Shown here: positions 9,385 through 20,302 of the stretch, in pieces
How positions within the stretch are numbered: position 1 is the first letter of the stretch
How the letters are laid out: every line of letters begins with the position of its first letter
Origin: a virus
Reading direction: 5' to 3' (one strand)
IMG/VR virus record: IMGVR_UViG_3300043827_000628
Span: 1 to 64,000 of that record
DNA length: 64,000 nucleotides
Notes under the pieces: generated by a model
Seen by the model: the letters and a program-made list of their open reading frames with translations, nothing else
What the model was told of the DNA's origin: nothing
Database searches by the model: none
Program-made: the position numbers and the translations under genes

Positions 9385-10460
9385 ATGATGTAATTTTAAC
9401 AGATGATCATAAAAAGAAAATTCTTGATGAATGGAATTCTAGACCTTCTAATCCTCCTTCTCTTGCAGAATTAACTAAATTAATATTTGGAGAAGGATTT
9501 GATGGTCGAAGTCAGCAAGGCAAATTAATTAAAAATTATCTTGCTTCAAGACAGATCATTCCAAAAAAAAGCCATGAATATGAAGCTAAAGGATTAATTG
9601 AGCTTACTGAAGAGCAAAAAGAATATGTAAGTAATAATTGCTCCACAATGACAGCTGTAGAGATGGCTAGAATAATATTTAAAAATAATGATCTTACAAA
9701 TTTAAACCAAGAAACAAGAACTGTGGGCGAATATATTAAAACTTTAGATACTAAAATAGTATATTCTAATCCTAATGAAATACCAGAAGGAAATTATAAA
9801 CCTCCAACAACCCAAAATAGATGTTTAGCTAGAATTAATAAATATGTTCATGAAGGTATTGATGAGGCTAAATTAACAGGAAAACAAAAAAGAGATATAC
9901 AATCTTTAATTGGATATCTTCATACGTATCGCTTTTTACATCAAATTAATACGTATCAGGACGAAAGTGAAAGAGAATTATTTGAGAGTAGTTTTATAAG
10001 ATACACTTTTGATAAAAATGATCTTACTCAAGAGGAAGTAGATCAATATATTGTTCTTGCTACAGAGGTGGTTATATCATCTAATATACAAGAAACAATC
10101 CAAGCTCTTCAGTTACAACTTGATCAAGCTGTAGAATCTGGAGATAGAATTTCAATGTCTCTCGTAGAAGCTATTAGCACTGCTCGAAATGAATATAATC
10201 AATCTGTTACTAGACAACAGAAACTTTTAAGCGATCTTAAAGTAAAACGAAGCGAAAGATTAAGTAGGCAAGTAAAAGAAAATGCATCAATATTAAATCT
10301 TGTTGAACTTTGGAAAGAAGAAGAAAGTAGAAAAGAAATGATCCGATTAGCAGAGATGCGTAAAGAATTGCTTGCTAAAGAAGTAGAAAGACTAAGTACC
10401 ATAGATGAAGTTAAAGCTAGAATTATGGGTATATCTAAGGATGAAGTCTTGAACGGCTGA
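9381..10460 (+). CDS. HTH / coiled-coil protein, possible terminase small subunit
   Basis: Position upstream of terL and long C-terminal coiled coil; function is an inference from position only. Confidence 0.45.
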   Translation: MNDVILTDDHKKKILDEWNSRPSNPPSLAELTKLIFGEGFDGRSQQGKLIKNYLASRQIIPKKSHEYEAKGLIELTEEQKEYVSNNCSTMTAVEMARIIFKNNDLTNLNQETRTVGEYIKTLDTKIVYSNPNEIPEGNYKPPTTQNRCLARINKYVHEGIDEAKLTGKQKRDIQSLIGYLHTYRFLHQINTYQDESERELFESSFIRYTFDKNDLTQEEVDQYIVLATEVVISSNIQETIQALQLQLDQAVESGDRISMSLVEAISTARNEYNQSVTRQQKLLSDLKVKRSERLSRQVKENASILNLVELWKEEESRKEMIRLAEMRKELLAKEVERLSTIDEVKARIMGISKDEVLNG

Positions 10461-10461
10461 A

Positions 10462-11394
10462 ATGCAAATTGAATGTAAAATTTGTAATGAAATTTTTGCA
10501 GTAGATAAATTTCTTCATCTGCATTTAAAAGCTCATAAAATAACTACTGCAAAATATTATCAAAAGTATTATCCAAGACATGACATTTTGTCTGGAGAGA
10601 TGATTAATTTTAAAAATAAAGATCAATATTTTATAGATGATTTTAATAATAAAAATAATCTAAAAGCTTATGTAAAAAATTTAGAACCAGAAAAGTTAGA
10701 AGAGTTTCTAAAAGGTTTACTGCTTAAAAGAAAAGAAAGAAAGAATCTTATTTATTCTCCAACTCAAGTAGAATTAAGGTCTTTAATTATGCCCTCCATT
10801 GTTACTTTTAATAAATATAAATTAAATTATTATAAAATATGTGAAGATATTGGTTTGAAAAATAAATTTCAAAAATATAATAATGAAGAGTTAAAATTTG
10901 AAGAATCTGACAAATATCAAATAATGATTGATACTAGAGAGCAAAATCCTTTAAGATTTAGATATCAGCAACAAGTAGTTAAATTAGATTTTGGAGACTA
11001 TACATTAAATGATATTGAAAAGTGTTGCTTTACAGCTATAGAAAGAAAGAATTTATCTGATTTCATCGGCACTATGAGTGCAGGTTACGATAGATTTAAT
11101 AATGAGATAGAACGAGCTAAAAACGCTAATTACTACCTTGTAATACTAATTGAAGAGTCTTTAGCAGATTCTCTCTCATTTAATTATTTACCTCATATAT
11201 CCAAAAAGATTAAAGCTACTCCAGAGTTTATATTTCATAGAGTAAGAGAATTAAATCAAAGATATGATAATATACAATTTGTATTTGCTGATGGCAGAAG
11301 AAAGGCTTCTGAATTGCTTGTCAAAATATTGACTGGCAATTGCTTTCATAAAAAATATGATTTGCAATTATTAGTTGATCTGGGTATAATTTAG
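10462..11394 (+). CDS. C2H2 zinc finger + ERCC4/XPF-type structure-specific nuclease
   Basis: CKIC..HLKAH, IDTREQ, GDY and IERKNLSDF (ERKxxxD) motifs. Confidence 0.85.
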   Translation: MQIECKICNEIFAVDKFLHLHLKAHKITTAKYYQKYYPRHDILSGEMINFKNKDQYFIDDFNNKNNLKAYVKNLEPEKLEEFLKGLLLKRKERKNLIYSPTQVELRSLIMPSIVTFNKYKLNYYKICEDIGLKNKFQKYNNEELKFEESDKYQIMIDTREQNPLRFRYQQQVVKLDFGDYTLNDIEKCCFTAIERKNLSDFIGTMSAGYDRFNNEIERAKNANYYLVILIEESLADSLSFNYLPHISKKIKATPEFIFHRVRELNQRYDNIQFVFADGRRKASELLVKILTGNCFHKKYDLQLLVDLGII

Positions 11395-11395
11395 T

Positions 11396-13228
11396 ATGTG
11401 GCATTGTCCAGAAAAATATATTAGAAAAGATTTAATAGACATCAATAAACAGTTATTGCAAATCAAAGGGCCCATGCTGGATAAAGAAGCTAAAGTAAGT
11501 TTAGCTAAATTTTTAAGAGCAAATCTAGGATTAACTACGGAGTTAATTAGTGGAATAAAATTATCTCCTTATCAAGAAGTTAATTTAAAAGCTTTTTTTA
11601 ATCGTAATTTTAATATGTGCGTATGGGGCCGAGGATGTTCTAAATCATTTATTGCAAGCGTATATTGTTTCTTACAATGCATATTTGAACCTAATTCAAA
11701 AATATTAATTGCTGGTCCAACATTTCGAACAGCTAGAAATATTTTTACTAACTTAGAAAAAATTGTTAATAGCAAAGAAGCTCAATTACTACAACAAGCT
11801 TTTGGTATTAAAAGCAAAAGAAACGATCTATTTGAATGGGAGATTAATGGCGGTAATATTGTGGCTATTCCTCTCAATGGTGAAAAAGTCCGAGGTTTTC
11901 GAGCTAATGTTCTTGTGCTTGACGAGTTTTTACTTATACCAGAAGATATCATTAAAAATGTATTGATGCCATTCTTAGTAGCGCCACAGAATATGAAAGA
12001 GCGTATTCAAATTAGAGAAATGGAAGATAAACTTATACAGGAAGGTATAATGAAAGAAGAAGACAGAATGGTATTTCCAAATAAATCAAAGATGATAGCA
12101 TTATCTTCTGCTAGTTATACATTCGAGAACCTTTACAAGACATACAAAGAGTGGATTGCAAATATTTATTCTGAAGAAGCGGTTAAAGATGCTACATACT
12201 TTGTAAGCCAAATGGGATACGAAGCTTTGCCAGAAGAAATGGTTGATAAAACAATTATTGAAGAAGCTCAAGCTGGTGGCTTAAGTCATAGTGGATTTCT
12301 TAGAGAATATTGCGCTCAATTTACAGATGGTAGTGATAGTTATTTTTCAGCTAAAAAAATGCATGAATGTACTATACCAGATGGTGATTCTCCTACTTCA
12401 AAAATTTATGGCGATAAAGATAAAAAATATATACTCGCTATTGATCCTAGTTTTAGTAATAGTCCAAGCTCAGATTATTTTGCTATGAGTATTATTGAAT
12501 TGGATGAAGAAAAGAAAGATGGCATACTTGTACATTCTTATGCTGTAGCTGGTGGAGATTTAAAGAATCATATAATATACTTTCATTATCTTATGACAAA
12601 CTTTAATGTAGATATGGTTATCATTGATAATGCAGGTTATCAGTTTATTGATTCTGCAAATGAAAATGAATTATTCCGCAAGTCTGGAATAGAATTAAAA
12701 TTCTTTGAAGTTAACTCTGATACTGAAAGCGTTGAGTATGATCGCATGATTAAAGATGCAAAAAGACAATACAATAAAGAAACAAAAAGAATTTGTTTTA
12801 AACAGATGTTTACTACTGATTTCATACGCAAAGGAAATGAATATCTACAAGCATCTATAGATCATAAAAAGATATGGTTTGCTAGCCGTATATGTGCTAA
12901 TGGAGAAGCTTTTGGAAGAGTCACGGGTTCGAATCTAAATATTGAAACAACTGGTTTTGATAATTTGATAGATTTTGTGGAAAATCAAGATGATATGATA
13001 TATGGTACTAAAAAGGAATGCAATCTTATAGAAGTAAGAAGTACAAGCCGTGGAATCCAATCATTTGATTTGCCTCAACACCTTAAACGAAATACCAGCG
13101 CACACAGAGCTAGAAAAGACAGATATACAGCTCTTATGTTGGGAAATTGGGCAAGTAAAATTTTCTTTGATATGGCTAAAGTACAAGATAAAGTTGAAAA
13201 TGAAACATTTAGACCTATAATGTTATAA
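11396..13228 (+). CDS. terminase large subunit
   Basis: Walker A GRGCSKS, RGFRANVLVLDEF Walker B, FLREYCAQF, and RNase H-like AIDPS...KDRYTA nuclease domain. Confidence 0.9.
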   Translation: MWHCPEKYIRKDLIDINKQLLQIKGPMLDKEAKVSLAKFLRANLGLTTELISGIKLSPYQEVNLKAFFNRNFNMCVWGRGCSKSFIASVYCFLQCIFEPNSKILIAGPTFRTARNIFTNLEKIVNSKEAQLLQQAFGIKSKRNDLFEWEINGGNIVAIPLNGEKVRGFRANVLVLDEFLLIPEDIIKNVLMPFLVAPQNMKERIQIREMEDKLIQEGIMKEEDRMVFPNKSKMIALSSASYTFENLYKTYKEWIANIYSEEAVKDATYFVSQMGYEALPEEMVDKTIIEEAQAGGLSHSGFLREYCAQFTDGSDSYFSAKKMHECTIPDGDSPTSKIYGDKDKKYILAIDPSFSNSPSSDYFAMSIIELDEEKKDGILVHSYAVAGGDLKNHIIYFHYLMTNFNVDMVIIDNAGYQFIDSANENELFRKSGIELKFFEVNSDTESVEYDRMIKDAKRQYNKETKRICFKQMFTTDFIRKGNEYLQASIDHKKIWFASRICANGEAFGRVTGSNLNIETTGFDNLIDFVENQDDMIYGTKKECNLIEVRSTSRGIQSFDLPQHLKRNTSAHRARKDRYTALMLGNWASKIFFDMAKVQDKVENETFRPIML

Positions 13229-13257
13229 ATAGGTGTAATTTTTAAAAATAACTAAAA

Positions 13258-15138
13258 ATGGCTAAAAAAGACGAAAATAACCCAAAACTAACTAACTTTA
13301 CTACTAGCACAGAGCCTCTTATGGCTGGATCTGGATTTAAAGAAATAAAAGCTAGTGATAAAGCTCGTAGAAACAGAGCTGGTACTATAGAGAGAACAGA
13401 TAAATACTCTAATATATCGAATGGATTAATACCATTTAATAGAGCAGCTAACAATATTTATAGTGCTTCTAATATGGACATAAGAGACGCTGTTATTTTA
13501 TGTCAAAAATGCTATTATAATTTTGCTATATTTAGAAACACAGTTGATTTAATGACAGAGTTTAGCAGTAGCAAAATATATTTTAAAGGCGGTAGCCAAA
13601 AGAGTCGTGATTTTTTTGAAGCATTATTTGATAAAATTAATCTATGGAGTTTCCAAGATAAATTTTTTCGCGAATACTATCGCTCTGGAAATGTATTTAT
13701 ATATCGCTTTGATACTAACATTAAAGAAGATGATTTAATTAAAATTACTCAAACCTTTGGAGTTAGTAAAGCTGCTTCTGTTATTCTTCCTGCTAGATAT
13801 ATAATTATTAATCCTGCTGATATTCAAATTGGCGGTAATATAAGTTTTGTTACAAATAGATTTTATAAAGTATTAAGTGATTATGAATTAGAAAGACTTC
13901 GTCATCCAAGAACAGATGAAGATAAAGAAGTCTATGATTCTCTTCCTCAAGAAGTAAAAGACAACATTCAAAAGAAAACTAGTACAGCTACTATGCCTCT
14001 TGATACTCATAGACTTGTAGCTGTATTCTACAAGAAACAAGATTATGAACCATTTGCTGTTCCAATGGGATATCCTGTGCTTGAAGATATTAATGCTAAA
14101 GCTGAGATGCGTAAAATGGATATGGCAGTTACAAGAACAACTCAACAAGCAATTCTTCTTGTTACTATGGGAACAGATCCAGAAAAAGGCGGCGTTAATC
14201 AAAAAAATCTTGAAGCTATGCAATCTCTGTTTCAAAATGAAAGCGTTGGCAGAGTTCTTATAGCAGACTATACAACAAAAGCAGAGTTTGTTATTCCTGC
14301 TATTGCAGATATTCTTGATCCTAAAAAATATGAAGTAATTGATAAAGATATTCAAATTGGATTAAATAATATTTTAATTGGAAGTGAAAAATTTGCAAAT
14401 ACTAGCATTAAAGTTCAAGTATTTATTGAAAGATTAAAACAAGCTAGAGAAGCATTTATTAATGAGTTTCTTTTTCCAGAGATTGTAAGAATAAGTAAAG
14501 GTTTAGGATTTAAAAATTATCCCACTCCATACTTTGAAGACATTGATCTTAAAGATGATATTCAATATGCTAGAATATATAATAGATTAGTTGAGCTTGG
14601 AGTATTGACGCCAGAAGAAGGTCTTAAAGCTATTGAAACTGGTAGATTACCAGATCCAGAATCTTCTTTTGAGAGCCAAGTTAAATACAAAGAATTTCGT
14701 GATCAAGGATATTACAATCCAGTAATTGGCGGCAATCAGTCTCAATCTGGAAGACCTAGCGGTACAAATGGCATATCTCAAACATCTAAAAATATTTCTC
14801 CAGTTGGTACTGGAAAACAATCCAAAGCTGAATTTAGTTCTAAAAAAGTCACAGATAATTTCGCATTAGCTTCTTTGTTAGAAGACCATGTGACAGATTT
14901 AGTTAAGCAAAAATTTAAAATTAAGAGACTTAATAAGCAACAAAAATCCATCATAGACGATATTACAAAAATGATTATTGTTAATGAAAATTCAGATAAA
15001 TGGATTGAAAGTGCAAGTAGCTATGTAGAAAATCCAGTAGATAAGAATGAAGATAATATTAAATCTACAATTGAAATAGCTTCAAATCATCAAGTAGACA
15101 GCTATATAGCTGGTATATTAAGAAATAGTAAAGTTTAA
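13258..15138 (+). CDS. portal protein
   Basis: Directly follows terL; CYYNFAIFRNTVDLMTEF and FREYYRSGNVF portal-like motifs; 626 aa. Confidence 0.8.
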   Translation: MAKKDENNPKLTNFTTSTEPLMAGSGFKEIKASDKARRNRAGTIERTDKYSNISNGLIPFNRAANNIYSASNMDIRDAVILCQKCYYNFAIFRNTVDLMTEFSSSKIYFKGGSQKSRDFFEALFDKINLWSFQDKFFREYYRSGNVFIYRFDTNIKEDDLIKITQTFGVSKAASVILPARYIIINPADIQIGGNISFVTNRFYKVLSDYELERLRHPRTDEDKEVYDSLPQEVKDNIQKKTSTATMPLDTHRLVAVFYKKQDYEPFAVPMGYPVLEDINAKAEMRKMDMAVTRTTQQAILLVTMGTDPEKGGVNQKNLEAMQSLFQNESVGRVLIADYTTKAEFVIPAIADILDPKKYEVIDKDIQIGLNNILIGSEKFANTSIKVQVFIERLKQAREAFINEFLFPEIVRISKGLGFKNYPTPYFEDIDLKDDIQYARIYNRLVELGVLTPEEGLKAIETGRLPDPESSFESQVKYKEFRDQGYYNPVIGGNQSQSGRPSGTNGISQTSKNISPVGTGKQSKAEFSSKKVTDNFALASLLEDHVTDLVKQKFKIKRLNKQQKSIIDDITKMIIVNENSDKWIESASSYVENPVDKNEDNIKSTIEIASNHQVDSYIAGILRNSKV

Positions 15139-15590
15139 GATTCTGGAGTAGGTTCTACAATAGATTGTGGCGCTGGTTCAATAACCGGTATAACTGGCTT
15201 AGGATTATTTGTTTTAACTTCTAAACAGGCTGCTACATAAGAATTCATCTGAGAACTATCGCCATTTTGCATTTTTACAAAAGCATCTGCAAATTCACCA
15301 AGAGGAGGATAATTCTCTCTTCTTTTATTCAAAACATAATTTAATTTTCCTTCATAACTAATTTCATCTTTTTTATAAATTTTATAGCATTCTTTTTCTG
15401 TTAATTCATAATGACTAAAAGATACTGATTCTTTAGATGGGTCGTTAAATAATTGATTATCATAAAATTCTCTTAATACATAACCACCATCAAAATTTTT
15501 TGATATTAATCCCCAATTTTCAATTTCTTCTCTATAATGAGGTTCTCCTATGCTACCATTTGAAGATATATAAACATATAGTTTTTGCAT
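15135..15590 (-). CDS. tail-fibre-associated / assembly-like protein
   Basis: RRENYPPLGEFADA...VKTNNPKP motif, commonly seen in genes next to phage fibre genes. Confidence 0.6.
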   Translation of the reverse strand: MQKLYVYISSNGSIGEPHYREEIENWGLISKNFDGGYVLREFYDNQLFNDPSKESVSFSHYELTEKECYKIYKKDEISYEGKLNYVLNKRRENYPPLGEFADAFVKMQNGDSSQMNSYVAACLEVKTNNPKPVIPVIEPAPQSIVEPTPES

Positions 15591-15608
15591 ATAATATATT
15601 ACACTCCT

Positions 15609-17933
15609 TTAGCGTGCATTTGCATATTTGAAGGGTGTTTCGGCGAAGGCGGCGAAGATGTAGGTACCGCCGGTTGCGTTGCCGTCATTTCCTGCTAGTC
15701 TTAACTTAAATCCATTAGAAAGAAAATCAATAGTAGCGGTTGATCCACCAAAGTTTTCAGTATTAGGGATTCTCGAGACTAAATAATTCTTCCCAACATT
15801 GAAGCTATCCCTTGCGCTGTCATAAATAAGCCATCCAAGCGTGTCTGCGGCATCTGTGCGCTTGTGCATAACCCACCTCGGCCTAAACCCGCAATACACA
15901 AACGGTCCGTCAGCCAACCCGTTGCCAGCATAGCTTCCAAACTTGCTGAAGCCTTCGACTTCGGCGAAGAGGTAAGCGATCATATTATTTCCATTGCCAT
16001 TTGAAGACAAATTTGTTCCAACGCTAAATACCGAACTTGTCGGCGCAGTGCTATTCCATACGTTTGGATAGCTCGCCTGTGAGTCTGGAACATCCAAAAA
16101 CACTGAATTTTGAGGAGACGAAAGAGATGAATGGTAAACGCACCAATTAGTTGCCCCAGAAAAATTTCTGTTTTTTACGATTATCATCTTTGGCGCAACC
16201 CCAAGATTATGAGCAATCGTCCTGCTCGTCGCATTACCCGTATAGTTGACAATATCCATCCCCGCTATCGGAGCCTCGTCCCAAGCCCAAGCGACAAAGG
16301 TTGATCCGTTATTATTGTTTTCTGATTCTGTTCCTAGCGTAAACCCAGACGAGTCAAGAGTTACTGTTGTGGATGCCTCTGCGCCAGTTGTGTCGGATCG
16401 GAGCCTCTTCCCGCTTCTTTGCGTGTCAAATATATTGTGGCTTTGGGCTAGGTTTCTTCCTTTTGTCCAAAGAAGGTCAGGGGAAAAGCCAAGCCCCGAA
16501 ATTGTTTGCGTGGCTCCCGTCCCCGTGTACGTCACCACATCCATGTAACTGCTGGGCTTCTTGATAACTGGCGTGGGCAGGTTGGTCGTGCAAAGGGCCT
16601 TGAAGCCGGAGGGGGCGGGGTAGGCGAAGGGGCGTTGGCCGAAGTTGAGGACTGTTGCTCCAGCCGATTGGAAGACACCAACAACAGGAAAGACGGTATT
16701 GCTCAAAAGATTTGAAAAAGCTACGCCCTGACTAGCGCCATTTTTGTAAAATGTTATCTCCCCAGCATCCATGTTTAGCGCAATGCCTATAACATCATTT
16801 GTTGTCCATGGCTCACCATAGGAACTAGAAGACCCACCACCATTTCTCTTTGTACCATCGTCCGACCTGTATCTCCAAGCTGTTGATGCTATTCCGGGTT
16901 CGGTTGATATATCATATAAATTTGTTGCAACTCCAACAATACCGGCCGTCCCACCGCCATAAGTAAGCTCCCAATACCATTTTCCGCTTGAAACTGCCAT
17001 TGTCCCAAGGACTCCATTCCAAACATTTGCTTGAGTTAAGTTTAAATTTCCATTTGCAAGTGTTATTACGCTTCCCTTGGCCAGCGGATTCAAGGTGCAA
17101 TAATTATTAGTAGGACTATCACTCTTTTGATTTAATGAACTCATATTATTAAGAGTCCAATTATTATTATTCCCAGAACTATCTGTTCCGAGTGCAGCCG
17201 AATTATTAAATTTTAAATTAAATCCTGTTGTTCCGTAAGTACCGAGATATCTTTTAGGAACCCAAGTATTTGTGCGGTTACTAGCGGTAGCAAAAGCTGT
17301 TGGAGGAAGTGCTTGACCATCTATAAAATGAGTTTCTGCAACATATCCATCCAAATAATAATCAAAACCATGAAAGTAAAAACCTATAATATGAGGTATT
17401 GCAAGATTAAAAGCACTTTCCCAAGAGTAATTTAAAGAAAAAGTTGGATCAGTAATAAATGTACCTCGGACTCCATTAACATAAAATCTAAATCTTTCAG
17501 ATTGAGCTAAATTTGAACTGTCCCAATTTACTACAAGATGATACCAAGCGCTAGGATCACGAAAAACTTGATTAGAATAAAAAACATTATACCTAAAATG
17601 AAATACTAAACGATCTGTATTGCCAGTAGAGGTACCTGCAATAAAGAAAATATTATAATTTCCAGGAGAGTTACCAACTCCAGTATTGTAACTGTGCCAT
17701 AACATATCTCCATAATTTGTTCTTGAAATGTTTCCTCTCTTAAACCACATGCTAAGAGTTGCAGTAGTTGAACTTCCAGCAGAAGTAAAAGTTCTACTTA
17801 AATATTGATTTGATCCATTAAAAGAGCAACTATTATTTATAGGTTCAGTAATTGTAGGAGCAATACCAACTTCTCCTGGTGATCTTATTATTTTTGGCTC
17901 ATTTGGCGGTACTATATATTTAAAATCACTCAT
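15609..17933 (-). CDS. virion protein, LamG/ConA-like + SPRY(B30.2) + C-terminal beta domain (paralog A)
   Basis: FRDPSAWYHLVV (LamG), SSGKWYWE...DVIGIALNMDAGEITFYKNG...NFGQRPF (SPRY) and C-terminal GFKLR...YIFAAFAE. Confidence 0.8.
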   Translation of the reverse strand: MSDFKYIVPPNEPKIIRSPGEVGIAPTITEPINNSCSFNGSNQYLSRTFTSAGSSTTATLSMWFKRGNISRTNYGDMLWHSYNTGVGNSPGNYNIFFIAGTSTGNTDRLVFHFRYNVFYSNQVFRDPSAWYHLVVNWDSSNLAQSERFRFYVNGVRGTFITDPTFSLNYSWESAFNLAIPHIIGFYFHGFDYYLDGYVAETHFIDGQALPPTAFATASNRTNTWVPKRYLGTYGTTGFNLKFNNSAALGTDSSGNNNNWTLNNMSSLNQKSDSPTNNYCTLNPLAKGSVITLANGNLNLTQANVWNGVLGTMAVSSGKWYWELTYGGGTAGIVGVATNLYDISTEPGIASTAWRYRSDDGTKRNGGGSSSSYGEPWTTNDVIGIALNMDAGEITFYKNGASQGVAFSNLLSNTVFPVVGVFQSAGATVLNFGQRPFAYPAPSGFKALCTTNLPTPVIKKPSSYMDVVTYTGTGATQTISGLGFSPDLLWTKGRNLAQSHNIFDTQRSGKRLRSDTTGAEASTTVTLDSSGFTLGTESENNNNGSTFVAWAWDEAPIAGMDIVNYTGNATSRTIAHNLGVAPKMIIVKNRNFSGATNWCVYHSSLSSPQNSVFLDVPDSQASYPNVWNSTAPTSSVFSVGTNLSSNGNGNNMIAYLFAEVEGFSKFGSYAGNGLADGPFVYCGFRPRWVMHKRTDAADTLGWLIYDSARDSFNVGKNYLVSRIPNTENFGGSTATIDFLSNGFKLRLAGNDGNATGGTYIFAAFAETPFKYANAR
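15873..15977 (+). repeat. second shared block (also at ~18210-18256 and ~20557-20660)
   Basis: ggcctaaacccgcaatacacaaacggtccgtcagcc is identical in all three paralogs. Confidence 0.9.
16249..16648 (+). repeat. GC-rich dispersed repeat, copy 1 of 3
   Basis: Near-identical to 20939-21338 and largely to 18660-18964. Confidence 0.95.
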
Positions 17934-17947
17934 AAAATATTTACACT

Positions 17948-20302
17948 TTAGCGAGCAAGAGCATATTTTAAAGGAGTCTCGGCGAAGGCGGCGAAGATGT
18001 GCTTTCCGCCAGCAGAATTCCCATTAAATGAATTTGTTGACCTAAACTTAAATCCATTTGAATTAAAGTCTATTAGCGCATTTCCAGTAAATTCAGCGAT
18101 AGATCCGTTTGGTTGTAATTGAGCAGAAGCAACATTAAAAGAATCTCTCGATGTGTCGTAAATAATCCAGTTTTCCATCGCATCAACTCTTTTCCCAATA
18201 ATAAGTTTTGGCCTAAACCCGCAATACACAAACGGTCCGTCAGCCGACCCGTTGCCGGTGTAACTGCCAAAAAAAGAGTACCCGGCTACTGGGGCGAATA
18301 CATAAGCAACAAAGTTATTGCCGACGACAACTGGACCATCTCCCACCAAAGAAAATGTTGTCGAGGTGGACGCTGCCCACATGGTTGCATACGTTTGTTC
18401 TCCAAAAACGTTGAACTGTAAATACGCAATTGTTTCATTACTCAATCCTTGGTGCCAAATTTGCCAGTTTTGAGAGTTTGATAGGTTTTTAACAATGTAC
18501 ATTGCAGGCTTAACGCCCAACCCATGACCGTAGGAATTTGTGCCACCTGCACACGTCGCGGTAACAATCGAGAACCCCGCACTGATGTTAGCCCTCACCT
18601 GACTAGTGATGGAGCCTTGTGTGTTGGATACGGTGGAGCTGCCGGCATCCCAGCACCAGGCGACAAAGGTTGATCCGTTATTATTGCTTTCTGATTCTGC
18701 TCCTAGCGTAAAGCCATTTGCCCCAAGCGTAACGGTTGTCGAGGCTTCGGGAAACATTTGGTCAGATCGGAGCCTCTTACCGCTTCTTTGCGTGTCAAAT
18801 ATATTGTGGCTTTGGGCGAGGTTTCTTCCTTTTGTCCAAAGAAGGTCAGGGGAAAAGCCAAGCCCCGAAATTGTTTGCGTGGCTCCCGTCCCCGTGTACG
18901 TCACCACATCCATGTAACTGCTGGGCTTCTTGATAACTGGCGTGGGCAGGTTGGTCGTGCAAAGAGCTCTAAATCCAGACGGTGGAGTATATGTAAAAGA
19001 TCTTTGGCCAGCATTAAACTGAACTTTTTTGCTATTTGCTGATGCTTCTGCACCAAACATCCAATTACCAGAATAAGTTGTGTAAGATGATCCGCTAACA
19101 GTAAATTGTAAAGAATTACCTTTATAAAAACTAACAGATCCATTATCTGCATCCACAGCAACGCCAATAACATCATTGAGTCCATATGTTGCTCCGCCAG
19201 AAGATCCTATTGTGCCATTAACATTTCTATTTGCGTTATCTATATATGCAATAGTTTGTATGCCACTAGTAGTAGTTATCATGCTAATACTACCGCCAAT
19301 AAAATTAGTATCTACTCCAATAACTCCTACAGCAAAAGTTCCTCCTACTCCAACAGAATCTAATGGAGTAAATTCAGCATACCATTTTCCAGTTCTTGGT
19401 ATAGCAAAAGTTGTGCCTTGAGCACGATTATTTGTAGAAACTAAAACTATATTATTATTTGATAATGTAATTGCTGAATTTTTACTTAATAGATTATAAG
19501 TAGGATAATTATTGGTTGGACTATCAACAAATATATTACTAGTATCCATTCCTCCGTTAATTGAAAAATTATTTCCATTACCAGAAAAATCTCTTCCGAT
19601 TGTGGAAGAACTAGTATTATCGCCAAAATTAATATAGTATCCATTTATACCATATAAACCAGTATATTTTTTTGGTTTCCAAACAAAATCTCTTTGATTA
19701 TCAAAATATCCAAAACTATGTGCATCTAAAGACTGATTATCTATAAAATTAATTTCAGTCATATAGAATCGACTTGTATGACTCAAATACTGCACATAAG
19801 AAGCTCTATTAATACCATAAGATGTCTCTGCTGTATATGATTCTGTGGAAAATGATCTTATTCTTTCACCATTAACATATAATCTTTGTCTTTCTGAAGA
19901 TATAGAATTATTTGAATCCCAAACTGCAACTATATGATACCAAGACGATGGGTCTCGAAATACTCGGGTAGTGATTAATCTTCCATAATATGCTCCTGCA
20001 AAATTATAAAGATCCAACGCATCATCTATTGTAAATTGTAACACTGTGCTAGTTGATGCTCCATCCCAACCAGTAATAATTTGTTGCGCAGATTGATTTA
20101 TTGTTTTTTTAATCCAGCAACTAAAAGTCCATGATTTTAGATTTCCACTAACGCTTGGTGTTCTTGTAAAATATTGGTTATTATTAAAAATACAACTTCT
20201 TCCTATCTGATAGTTATTATATAATCCTTTTGAAATATTAGCTTGACTAGTTTTTTCAACATAACTCTTGGTATTTGCATCGATATAAAAGAAATCGCTC
20301 AT
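17948..20302 (-). CDS. virion protein, LamG + SPRY + C-terminal beta domain (paralog B)
   Basis: Same architecture and shared motifs as paralog A. Confidence 0.8.
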   Translation of the reverse strand: MSDFFYIDANTKSYVEKTSQANISKGLYNNYQIGRSCIFNNNQYFTRTPSVSGNLKSWTFSCWIKKTINQSAQQIITGWDGASTSTVLQFTIDDALDLYNFAGAYYGRLITTRVFRDPSSWYHIVAVWDSNNSISSERQRLYVNGERIRSFSTESYTAETSYGINRASYVQYLSHTSRFYMTEINFIDNQSLDAHSFGYFDNQRDFVWKPKKYTGLYGINGYYINFGDNTSSSTIGRDFSGNGNNFSINGGMDTSNIFVDSPTNNYPTYNLLSKNSAITLSNNNIVLVSTNNRAQGTTFAIPRTGKWYAEFTPLDSVGVGGTFAVGVIGVDTNFIGGSISMITTTSGIQTIAYIDNANRNVNGTIGSSGGATYGLNDVIGVAVDADNGSVSFYKGNSLQFTVSGSSYTTYSGNWMFGAEASANSKKVQFNAGQRSFTYTPPSGFRALCTTNLPTPVIKKPSSYMDVVTYTGTGATQTISGLGFSPDLLWTKGRNLAQSHNIFDTQRSGKRLRSDQMFPEASTTVTLGANGFTLGAESESNNNGSTFVAWCWDAGSSTVSNTQGSITSQVRANISAGFSIVTATCAGGTNSYGHGLGVKPAMYIVKNLSNSQNWQIWHQGLSNETIAYLQFNVFGEQTYATMWAASTSTTFSLVGDGPVVVGNNFVAYVFAPVAGYSFFGSYTGNGSADGPFVYCGFRPKLIIGKRVDAMENWIIYDTSRDSFNVASAQLQPNGSIAEFTGNALIDFNSNGFKFRSTNSFNGNSAGGKHIFAAFAETPLKYALAR
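18660..18964 (+). repeat. GC-rich dispersed repeat, copy 2 of 3
   Basis: Shares ...ggtttcttccttttgtccaaagaaggtcagggg...gttggtcgtgca verbatim with the other two copies. Confidence 0.95.
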
